Position numbers and translations under genes: made by a program. The notes beneath the pieces are model-generated. The model made no database searches, was not told the origin of the DNA, and saw nothing but the letters and a program-made list of their open reading frames with translations. Positions 38,651 through 50,563 of a stretch of DNA of 64,000 nucleotides are shown here, in pieces (positions within the stretch are counted from its first letter, which is position 1; every line of letters starts with the position of its first letter). The stretch is from NCBI GenBank assembly GCA_030704615.1, contig CM060732.1, positions 68,820,001 through 68,884,000 on the forward strand. The letters run 5' to 3'. This stretch comes from Takakia lepidozioides (Eukaryota > Plantae > Bryophyta).

Positions 38651-40349
38651 GTAGATGGTCTGTTCCGTGGAACTCACTGAAGTCTTGCATTATGAGGATC
38701 AGAACTGCTTGACTTGCACGAGGCCTTGACCCTTAGGCAATCCCCAGAGCAGCAGTAGCTTTTGGGCTGCTTTTTTACTTTGTGTTTTTCATTTTGTCCC
38801 ATAAGCTCTTTGAGCTTTCCGCAGATGTAATAAAGTACCATTTTGTTTCATTTCATTCATTTTCATTTCATTTTGTTTCATGGCATGTCTTTCATCGTTT
38901 GTGCATTTCTAATGCATGATTAGTTCTCTTGTATGGCATTACTAGTCGATTCGCTACAAACACCAAAACTCCAAAGCATGAATCACTATGAATGATTGTT
39001 CAAGTAATTTCGAGCACTTCATGTAAAGTAGTAAAGCAGTGGTTGCGCCAACTTCCGCAGTCGCAATTGCCACTGGGCATGTAGCACTGCAAGTTATGTG
39101 GTCTACTACTACGTGGCGCCCCGGGCCCGTGGCCACGTGGCAGCAGTGGTGCTCGTCGTGGCGCCGCCACGTCGGCATCCACATCGTCGTCCACGTCCGC
39201 GTCCATGTGTCACCGCGCTTCAGTGAGTCGGTCCACTCATCCGGAGGGAAAAGTCAAAGTCAGCCCAAAAGGTCAGACACACGGGCGGCCCGCCTGGTTA
39301 CGCCACGTGGTTCTTCAGCATTAATCGCATTAATCGCTGAGAAGTTGTTCGCGCGTCTGCGTCCTTTACCACTCCAATCATTGGATGTCCAACCCAACTA
39401 CCACGTCTGTTGTAACTTCCAGTAGATCCCAGTTTTTTGACTTTTACGACTCAAAATGAGTCGTTACCCCAGTGGTAAATGACACGAATGCTTCTAGTGA
39501 ATCTACATCATAAAATACAATATACTCAATGTTGTCTTCTAGATAACTATCTGCAAAGTGGGGCCTAACTAAAGTACCAAGGCCAAACAAGCTTTTGTGG
39601 TGGAACCAATTAGAGCAGCGGAGGATGGTGAGAGGATGGGCCAACAATCACGGCCAGGAGGTGTGGGCGATGCAAGAGTAGATTGGAGCAAAAATAAGCA
39701 AGGCTAGAGTAGGGCACGAGTGAGTTGGAGAGATGGTTGGGATTTAAGCTCATGGATAATGATTACCCGCTACCGGACATATTACCCCTTGAGTTCCACT
39801 AGCTCCGAAGCAAATATATCAATACCGTAATTCACTATTCCAGTTGGACATAAAGTAAGGATAATTAATATATAATTATCTTCTATATATATATATGATG
39901 CCATCCGGAGCTAGCGTGAATAAGAGCATCTTCCCCTTGCTTGGATACTACACCTTTCCAGCAATGGGCTCTATCAACATCAGTTACGTAGTGGCAAATT
40001 GGTTACTTTCAATTTTTCGTTTGTTCAAGAATTAAAGATGTTTGCGATGTGATAGTTGTGAAGTGCATGATCCGTAGAATAAAAGATGGTTTGAGGTTAT
40101 CTCTTAAGATTTGAATGTTGTGGCTATGTCATCAATGGTGTTTTTTTTACGGGTATACCTACCTTTTTTGTAACAATTTTTATTTTTTTTATTTTTTTTG
40201 GTCTTTCGCTGTGACAGACAAGTTTGAGAAAATGCCTTTCACCACCTTTTCACATGATAGGTTAACAAATTTTTGACCTTAATATGAAAATAAAAATTAG
40301 AAATGATAGAGGAGTGTGAACTCCTTACAATTAGTCCAAAGTAAGAACC

Positions 40350-40850
40350 CTGGGATCTCATGTTGCGCCACACTTCGAACATTGCTCTCCAATCCATATT
40401 CTCCAACCTAATCCCGCATAATGACATTAGCATCAAAGCGTCCAAAGTATCCAATTTCAAGCAAGATTGCAAATGGCTTTTAATAACATTTTGTTTTTAG
40501 AAACCCCTCTCACAAATTGTAGTACTTGTAGGAATCATAAGTGTCTTTTGCCAAAGACGCATGAGGTGTGGCCAGTTAGTATGGTGCCTACACACAATCG
40601 CCACGCCTCAAACAAGGTTTTGTTTTTCACATTCATGCCTGAAGGTTTCCACAAACTTGAGCAGTTACTTAGACATGTTTGCATCACTTTCAGTCTTTGT
40701 TAATCCGTATTTCAAGATCAACCTTTCCCACCATTGCTTGGACATATTGATACGAGCCTCTTCATCGCTTGGATTATACTTGGGACTGAAGAGCTTTTGA
40801 TGCATTAAAAATTGGAAGGTCAAGAAATCTCTCATTGAGGATATCAACAA
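40350..40850 (-). pseudogene. hAT transposase C-terminal dimerisation-domain fragment
   Basis: MIPTSTTICERGF...NVIKSHLQSCLKLDTLDALMLMSL...MDW. Confidence 0.75.
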
Positions 40851-43647
40851 TCGCTTAGGATTCAGTAACCTTCATATATAATGCAATGATTATTTTTGTA
40901 AAGAGGATCTTGGAAAAACAATATTAAAGTAGTAAATGCAAGGAATCAGAGAGAGGAGGTACAAATATAAAGAATCAAAGCGAGGACGTTACATTGTACC
41001 GGCATACCCACTATTGACAAGCAGGTCTCACTTGCTCATCATCATGTATCAGCGTTGAAGTCCACCAAGTTTGCATGCTCATGGTAAAAGCCATAGGGGC
41101 ATTGTGTGGTCGGTGGCTTATCTTGGAATATGCTTGTATTGATGAGGTTGAACCATCTGGATTTAAGTTGCAACATAAGATATTTTTGAAGTTGTCAAAT
41201 TCCTTAGTTATGTCAGGTTATATTGAGTCTATGAATTAAATTATGTTTACAGTAGATGAGAAGATGCAGCGGCCATGTGCCTACTTAAGAGGGTTGGGCG
41301 TAACATAATGTGCAATGTCTGTCAGGGTATAATAAAGGGCATAACATCTTACGTATGTGGTTATCCGTACACACAGTCCATATTAGTGCAATTGTAGTAT
41401 TTGATTAATTTGCGCATCAGTTATCACGCGTGATATCTAAAATTGATTGGATATCACATGCAACAAATGTGGGGATGAGACCCACTTAACTTAAATATGT
41501 AAGAATTTGTGTCCATGAGTGATATATCTAGATTTGCTCCATAGTTGCATGCAATGTATGTAAGTAAGTCACATATGGGAACTATATCTTAGAATCTAGC
41601 TTCGGTTGACGATAACCAGAACATGTATGAGTGTGTTAAATAGATCAAGGGTCATTTGTGGGGTTGGTCGTTGTAGATTGCAGCTGGTCTGCTATTTCAT
41701 TACCCGCACTACAGAGAGCGCGAAACGCGGAGCTACATTGCACCTTCTTTTTCTTCCAAAGACTCTCGGTATTCTTATGTCCATGCTGTAATATTTTTTA
41801 GGTGTTACATTAGAGCATGAGACACAAGCTCCATCGACAAGGAAGGGCCTGCACGTTTTTTGTTTATTGGAAATCCTGGAATTTGGGTTGCTTTTGTCGT
41901 GCACGTGAGCTGACATTTGATGACTTAACGCTATTAAAATTATAGTTTCAACAAATTACGACATAGGCATGTTTTAATTTGGCAATGAAATAGTTTTGAG
42001 ATGTTCAGGGAAGATGTAGAATATTTCCTTGTGCTCACCCGCACAACTCCATAGTACTAACACACATTAACTGATTGACCCGCCACCTTTTCATAGGTGG
42101 ATTGGCTTGGATGACATCCAACATACACCTATGTTGCTTAATTGAACCTAAATCGAAGTCTTTTCACAAATAGATACATTAAAGGGGTTGATGAAGATCA
42201 CTTCATTGCGAACCCTCAATCGCATAATCCCGCCTCATCTGTTTCTTTCGCTACCTACTCCATTTACGCCTACCTACTCGATATTATGCACCCCCTACTC
42301 GATATTACAGTCTGTGTGCAAGAGATATCGCCATGTTTTAGGAATGAAAGGCCAGATCAACTCGCCCTTTAACGCCCTGCAATGATACCTATAAGGGGTC
42401 ATTCCGTCTCCTATCAGGCCTCCCTGCTGCTTGCAAGGCGGAATGATCACTCTCGTTCCAGAGTACAGAACCCCTTATTGATCCAATATCACACCTTGAC
42501 CACACCACCTTTGCCACAGTTGGTGGACACCAAGTTGCAGCACATACCACCTTGGAAGTGGTTGTGGGTTCAATCCACCGATTGATGTTACAAAGGTGTC
42601 CACAAGTGTTGGACTGGTATAAAGGTCCAACTAGATATCAATACTGATATCAACCCGGGTAGGTAAGACCATAGCCGGTTGGTAGGTAGGGTGGCCAATA
42701 GCCTGGGCAATACCATATTAGGGGCCATACATACCTTGCTCCATACTACGGTGTATACCATACAGGTCTGGTATTGCGATGGATGAGATTGTTGTTGATA
42801 CCAGTATTGTTGCGATATGAGCCTCCAAACGGCAGAGTAGGTTTTTGTGTGGAGCTAGGGCAAGGGACTTCATGGGCGGCTGGGTACTGCCAGGGGCAAT
42901 ACATACCTCGACATTTTGAGTCATGCGGTAGTCCATTATATGAGCATAGCATTTTATGGCATATTTTTTATACTCAATGTGGAATATGTGTGAGCTCAAT
43001 TCTGATTTTGTATGTGTGCATTGTGTTGTAATTGTGATCCAGTATGAAGGTCAATTTTTTTTTTCAGGTTCTTGAATATTCTCTTGAATATATTGACTAT
43101 TCCATATACCTATCCGGGCAATATCCATATTCTCTTCATATGAGATGGAAAAAAACAAATATTGATACCCTACTGCTATACATCCACAAATTTACAGTAT
43201 TGATACCCCTCCTATACCCTACCCGGCCCCTTCCCCAATACTAGGACCATACCAGTCTTGGGAAATATGAGCCCTTATGGTACCTAGGACCAGTCTGGTA
43301 TATTCATATTTTTGTGATACCAGTCCAACACTGGTGTCCACCTTCCTACCAAAAGTCAGTAGCCCTTCCGAGTCTAGAGACACCATAATTTGGGCATAAT
43401 TTAGGCTTCCTTTGCGAGGCGTCATATGTTGTATCATATTATGCCACAGTCGGGCAGCAGGAAAGGACCATCTTGAGACGTTTTTTCTTAAGAAATATTA
43501 ATTATGAGAAAAAAGGGGATGGAGGCCCTAGAGTTGCATTGAAAGAGAGAGAAAATTTAAGATCCAAATATTATTATAAAATTAATTGAACCAAATTTTA
43601 AACTTTGGGCCATCTCATCATTCCACATGATGACGCCTATCCTACCT

Positions 43648-43840
43648 GCGGCTGGTAGCTCAGTTGGATAATTGCATTGTGTGTCACTCTGGTGGTTCAT
43701 GGTTCAAATCCTGCTACTCTGTCTAGTGGGTATGATTTGTTTCGTGACCGGTTGGTCTGGGGGTGACATTTCCCTCTTGTGTGCCCAATGGCTTATCTGA
43801 AAGGGGGTTAATCTTCCCCTCCGTAAAGATTCACCGGGCC
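43648..43840 (+). mobile_element. tRNA-derived SINE
   Basis: A box TAGCTCAGTTGG and B box GGTTCAAATCC at tRNA-like spacing, poor cloverleaf, non-tRNA body repeated at 27565-27685. Confidence 0.7.
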
Positions 43841-44671
43841 ATATTTCTTAGTGTATAAATATGTTCCTTAGTTACCTGAATGCGCCACCAGTGCGTGAGG
43901 TGGCAATATGGCGCGGTGTATTGCACATAGCACATTATACCGGTATAATGCACCGCCCTCATCTTTGGGGTTTTAAATCTTTTCTTTCCGTGCTAGATTT
44001 CTCTTAGCAGGTCTTTTCCAAGCAAGTCAAATTGAAAAATGCTGCTGATTATAGTCTTTCAAGAAACGATGCAAAGTTTACTGAAATTGTTCAAACGGCT
44101 TCTGCTGCTGACATAAATTCGCAGCAATGTGCCCACCTTCTACGTATCTACATTTGTAATGTGCCGTACACAAACCCTAATCACTCATTTTCATTTGTAG
44201 GCTCCTTCTGGACAAGTGCAGCACATAGCAGTTTGGCTGCTTGAATAGCATCACCTGTCACATTTAGTGTAATAATGTTTGCAGTTTTGCATATTGTTAA
44301 AATTATGCCCAGCCTACATACGAACTGTATCTGAATTGTAGCAGGAAAATGATGCAACATCGAAGTATCACGTTGCACCAACTCATGTTCAGCTTGCACA
44401 AACAATTCATCTGGCATGTCGAACAAATTTGTTCCCCTTAGTCGGAAGGGATTTTCCTACAGTCTCCAACGCACTGGGATGAACCGCCGCATTAGGGTGA
44501 ACAATGACAAGATTATTAGGAATAGAACCTAAAATCTGCCGAGGTGCAGGAGACTCCATCTCCAAAACAGAACCATGTTGGACCTTAAGGGGAATGCTTG
44601 CGCGTGAGCCTGGCCGCCTGGCTAGGCTCACGCCGCGTCAGCAAGCATCCATGTGTGCATGCCCTAATTCC

Positions 44672-44713
<42 letters not shown>

Positions 44714-47305
44714 TATTATCGCGGATCGGTTGTCGCCTATGTCCTTATTTTTTGAACCCTCTTCATCGTCCCCACAGTAATATTCTTTCCGGCCGAGAAC
44801 AATGGTAGGTTTGTGGATGGCTTAGGATTGAGGACATGATTTTGGAATGAGGAGATCGCCCGCTAGAGAATTGAATATTAACAGCAAAGCCTTTTTTTGC
44901 AAAGTAGTTCATTCATTCCAACCCACAAACATTTTCCAATGCCGGAATCTCAAGACCTACCCCAGGCAATCCCTAACTGTACTTATGGGAACGCGCGAGG
45001 AACTTCAAAAACAGTTTGGGGATGGAAGCAACACCAAAACACAATTTATTAAGCCTCGGTACATGAACCTCAAGAACTACTGGAGGTTTCAGAGGAACCA
45101 CTTCCAGAGTCTGTAGCAATATCATCTATGAACACATCAGCCCATCCGCGACGTTTTTTTTTCCATGACCCCCATGGAGAGGCGAATACATTGTTTGTTG
45201 GGAAAACACCCGTGCGCATGCTTCCGCGTAAACCGGCAAGCGGTAAGCTCTAGGGGGACTCGGGGTCATGTAGTATCCTTGGAAACCGAAAGGTGTCTGC
45301 TGATTCGATGACTGGTGCCAAACTCTGGAAAGCAAGAAGAGGAATGGTGGTAGATATAATCATCCAGAAATAGACAATGTAAGCAACCATCTGTCGAACG
45401 GGAATGACACAAGGAAACGCAACATATTTTGCACGACAAGAGCCGAATTTACTCACACTCAAAATCGGAGTCCACATCGAGATCCTCGTCAGGCGCTTCG
45501 GGCTCCTCCAGAAGTCCCTCCGTGGATGGGGCAGAAGTAGTGCCCGACTCAAGCTGATGAATCTCGCTTGAGAAGAGCTCCGTATCAGCCTCCATGCCGA
45601 AGAAGTGCCTTCCGGCGCTTTTGCACGCATGAAAAGATGCTCCTGCAAATCGAAGACGAACGAGAAATTAAAACAGGGCTTCCCTAAGCCCACTGCCCAT
45701 ATTTCAAATACAGTGTTCAGGGCCCCACCTGTGCCAATAGACAAGTCAACCACTCGTCCACCGTGACGGCTGCATGTCTCCACCCAAGTTTGCATGAAAG
45801 CTGGGGATTTCTCCCAGACACCTCTCGAAGGGACACCGGTCGACCTTTTCGTAGTTCGACCTGAGTCCACGTAATTGAAGATTACATCATCCTCCACAGG
45901 CTCGCAGGTGGGGTCAATGTGAGCTGCAAGGTCCCTCAATTGGAACTCAGCAATACCAAGAGGAAGAGTGTCCTTCCGCACCCTCACCAGGCACAAAGCT
46001 TCGAACACCCGAGTCTGTCAATAATCACGAAGAGAGCATGAGGCAAAAGACATAACCTACTTTTGACACTTACTGAAGAACCACGAAACTTTAATTCAAA
46101 AGAACCAACTCACTTTCTGCCCCGGGAACTCGCCCTTCGTAAGAGGCAGAGTGTTGATGCATGTCCAAGTTTTGATGACACAAAACCCGGAAGCTTTCAT
46201 ATAGCTGAAAAGAGTTCTCCGTGCCGACATGTCCTTTGACTGCATGAGAAGAAGAGCCCCCGAGTCAGAAAGAAATTTGTTGCTGAATGAGAAAGCCTAC
46301 TGCCAGTAACGAGAATCCGATTTGTTCCAAGTGGGGGTTGCATTGGAAGGCAACACATCAGGGACAGACAAACTGTCAGGAATGTCCAGCACCACAAGGT
46401 TAGTCGCGTATGCCTGCTGAACTCCATTCACCCAATCTGGCCTTTTTGTGACCTGTAACAAAAAACAAGACACAGTATCACTAGCCTAATCCAAATCCAA
46501 CATGAAATCAATCTCGATGACAAACCAGAACGAGTTGCCAAAACAAAATCATTCATACCATAGTTAAAGACATATGTGCTTACCTGAGTAAGGAACGAAA
46601 CAAGCATGTCCCATGATTTCGACGGTACCCCTTTGAATGTGGACTTCTTGGATTCCATCATTGCCAGAAAACTTTCATTCACCACCTTACGATGGAACTG
46701 GCCCAAAACCCTGGATGGATGTTCTCTCGCCTCGAAAGGCTGCTCCCTCGACTTTGATGTTCTTCTATCCCTTCTAGTTGGAGAAGGGTGTCTTTCAGCG
46801 ACCTCTGACAGGCCCTGTTCCTGCGGAGCTATACTCTTCCCCTTCCCCTTCGGATCCCCGGCAATCTTCCCCTTCCGTTTTGGAATAGCAGATTTCTCGG
46901 GCTCTTTTGCAGCCAGTGCTTGAATGATTCTGTCCTGAATGTCTTTGTCAGCAAGCAGGGCAAGTGTCGCGGCGTTGTCGTTAAGGTTTCTCAAAACCAC
47001 TTCATCGAATGGTGTGACTTGTTTTGGCAGATCGAGGTACCACCCACAATCTCTGAAGTGCGCCTGCTCCAGTCTCTGGCAATACCAGCCGTGTACTTGT
47101 CGTTGGAGGGGTCAGCCCATGAGTAGATGAAGTCTGGGTCATCGCTAAGGTACTTTCCCGGTATGAGAACATGATACATGTACCTGAATCACACACACCC
47201 AAAACCCAGACAGTCATTCAATCTGAACAGGATACACGTCACACGTCACGAAAAGGATATTGGAATGCAGGTCAGTAACACGGAGAAACTAACTTTTGCC
47301 AGCCC

Positions 47306-48075
47306 GAATCAACCTTGCGTTGACGCAATGTTGATTCAAGCTGAAAAGGAAAACACCAAATGTGGAGAACTGTACTTTCAATGAGCACTTACGAGAGGGA
47401 AAACCCATTATCCTAATCCATTGCATGCACAACATGGAATCCCCAATCAACCTTGCGTTGATGCAAAGTAGATTGGCGGATCCACATATGATAATGTTGC
47501 ATTGAAAGAGACAGTGATTGACAAGCGGAATTCAACATTGCGTCAACGCAAGGTTGTTTTCATTAACAGAGGAAATGGAAAACAGTGCTAGAAAACAACC
47601 ATCCGAAGATCTATTTGTATGGATATTCAACCTTGCGTTGACGCAAGGTTGAATTCCTCTGCTGAAAACACCTGTCCATGGTATTTGATAACTTTAACTT
47701 TCCTACAATTGTATGGAAATCGGGGTATTTCTGTAGGACATTTGTAGCAATCCATACCGTCAAACAACGTTGCGTCAACGCAAGGCTGTTTGTTGGTACA
47801 GTGTAAGCTCTAAACAACATTTCAAACAGACTCCAAACAGACTTTATGTTCATCCTGGCAGTAGTGGAACTGGAAACGACAGCAAACAATAGCCCAAGAA
47901 TACATGAAGACCTACATAGCCTGGCCCTTCATCAACCTTGCATTGATGCAAGGTTGATTTGCCTTACAGTTTTTGCCCTTTCACATGCAGAAAACGACAT
48001 CATTGGATACCCCAGGTACAGTAAAGTGAAACCAAAACAACGGGATACAAGCTTGCGTTAACGCAATGTTGCTCG
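47306..48075. repeat. Seven dispersed palindromes TCAACCTTGCGTYRACGCAAGGTTGA in a cargo-gene intron of A (more at ~49800 and ~50070)
   Basis: Copies near 47308, 47446, 47531, 47626, 47763, 47931, 48046. Confidence 0.85.
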
Positions 48076-50563
48076 GTTGCACGTCCAGATCCATCAGACC
48101 TCCCTCAAAACCTGCAAATTCGCAATTCTACATGGAAAAAATGACACAAGGATACAGAAACATACACTTATAGTACCAAATTTGTTTCTTGGAGGTCACA
48201 CCTGTACAACACTCGTTTCATTGCTTGCTCGCTGTTGTACTGGTTTTTGAATTCGTAGGACCTGGAGATTCTTTTGTCTCTCTCAAACTTTCTGAAGATG
48301 CAGTTGTTCCAAACAGCGAGCTTCCATCTCCTGATATAGGCCTCCAGTGTGATCCGGGGGAAAGCCATCTGGATTTTGTAGTCTGCCATTGACTCCCCAA
48401 GTGCAGCCACAGCTCGTTTTTCCAACTGCAGCAAGAAGATCATAAGAATTTGGGAGAGAGTATGAATGTGCACAATCATTTGAAAAGGGTTTTGTGAATG
48501 CCTTACCTGGCTCCAGAAGGTTGCTTTGGTAGCCACTGGTCGAATGTGTGGTCGCTAACAACTTTTATTGCTTGTGTCTTCGAGTCATTCTCAGGAGTTG
48601 GGAACATGTTGGTGTCTCTCACAAATGGATCCGAATTCCAGATCTCCAACCACCTGATTTTGGTTGCATTGTCCACCATTGAAATGGAAAGGCGATGCAG
48701 TTTCTCTTGGGTCATTTCTGGCTTGGAGCCATACTTGTCATAATGTGCTTTCACCTGCTCCAGAAATTCCGTGCCAAGACTTGGATCTGCTATGCGGATT
48801 TGTTTGTCGAATGCACTCATGAGGTTCTTCCTTTGATTGTTCATCTCAAATCTCATAATGTCCTCAAGCCTAGTTGCAGACCTCTGCTCTTCTGTGTGGG
48901 AAGCATAGTACTCTGCTTTCGCCTTCAAACCAGTTTCTGCTATTTCTTGCTGCATACATTACAGGGAGAAAGAATCAAACACTGGCGTTTCTTGATAAAA
49001 TTTACACTAGCAAAAAACAAACAAATGTCAAGAAGCTTACCTTGTACATGTAGTCAAGAAAAGCCTCCATTGTCAAGCTGTACCATGTGCTTGTCTTCTT
49101 TTCAGCACACCTCTTCATCTGCTGAGGACTGAGCATGTTCGTGAATGACTCCAGTGGCATCAGCCCTATCTTCTGGATACGGAATAGAGTGTGGCAGAGA
49201 TTGGTCGTCACATGGGAGGTTTCATTGGACCTGGAAAAACCTGCAACTCATAAGATGATTTCAAATTGTGGAAACGCAGATCGGAACGGGAACAATGTTG
49301 GTAACTTACTTGTTTATGTCATACATGGCTGTCAAGAGCTGCGTGACACGTCCTTTGTGGTCGAGTACCATGGAAACCACGCTCTAGTGCCATTCGATCT
49401 CGTCCGAGTGCAAGCTTGAAATGTAATCCATCCAGGCAAGCAGTCTATGGTTCCCATCCCAGACAAAAAACATCTTTCCCATAAACGCTTTTGTGGAGGT
49501 CTTTTTGGACAGCTTGAACTCAAACTCCCTGTTTACATCCCGCCCGCATGCATCCCAACTTTGCTCTATGTCCTCTGTTACAAGACACTCCTCTCCTTTC
49601 GTGTTCACAGTGGATACATAAAACACTGCAGATCCCTTGACATAGCCGTGAACAAAATTGTTCTTCAACTTCGTGATGTCGTTCCTCAATGCGGGTTGAA
49701 CCGCGGGCATGGAGATCATACTGTATAGTGGGATAACCAGGTTTCCGCCGGGAACCTCCATCGACAGAATCACCTTCGAGGAGTTCACTTTCTGCCCACG
49801 GCGTTGACGCAAGGTTGATGTCGAGGTCTCAGATTGGAGTTCAACAAACAAAAAAACCAAATGGAAAAAAGATTGCAACCTCTGGTTTCTCTTCTTGGTA
49901 CTTGATGCATGCATCGGGAGCATTCAGCTTTTCCATGGTTTCTGGAGGCAGCAAGCTGCCAAGCGGATACGGGAGGTGGGAATGAACAAAACAAGCACAC
50001 GAATCAAGGTTGATTCGAGTGCAACATCTGCACTCGTTTCATGCCCAAAACATACACTTTGGAGGTCGACATCAACCTTGTGTTGATGCAAGGTTGATGT
50101 CGACCTCTCTGTTTAGCATGGAACAGACAAAAAAAAGAAAGGGCAAAAGAGGGTTGATAGGGGGGGTGCTATTCCGTGAGCCTGGAGGCGTGAGCCTGTG
50201 AGCCCAGGAAAGCGTGAGCCCAGCACAGGCTCACGCCACGTCAGCATGCAAACAGTGCCTATTTCCGCGGATGTCACCTATTTCCGAGTGGTGTCACCTA
50301 TTTCCGCGGGTTGATGTGGGGAGAATTGAGAATTGAGAACAAAGTGGTTTGTTTGTTTTTGCAATGTACTCAAGTCTGTGAGGTCCACAAAACAACAAAT
50401 ATATTGAAGGAACAATCCGGGCAGTCCATGCAACCCCCATCTCCAACAATAGTTTGGAACCATGAATGTGAATTCCATGCACACATTGCAAAGAGGACAA
50501 TAAGGACACACAACCATCCCATTTCAAATTTGTCCCAGAATTAAACCAAAAGAATACTTCATA

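Noticed and set aside
43648-43720. Functional tRNA gene
   Set aside because: Acceptor and anticodon stems pair poorly and it continues into a repeated body; better explained as a SINE head.
41000-44588. Possible further genes or transposase remnants
   Set aside because: Only short ORFs without motifs I could recognise, so no call is supported.
44675-44713. Long poly-C run read as a polyproline ORF (also poly-G near 11873-11890)
   Set aside because: Homopolymer in subterminal or intergenic DNA; no coding support and its length is error-prone.
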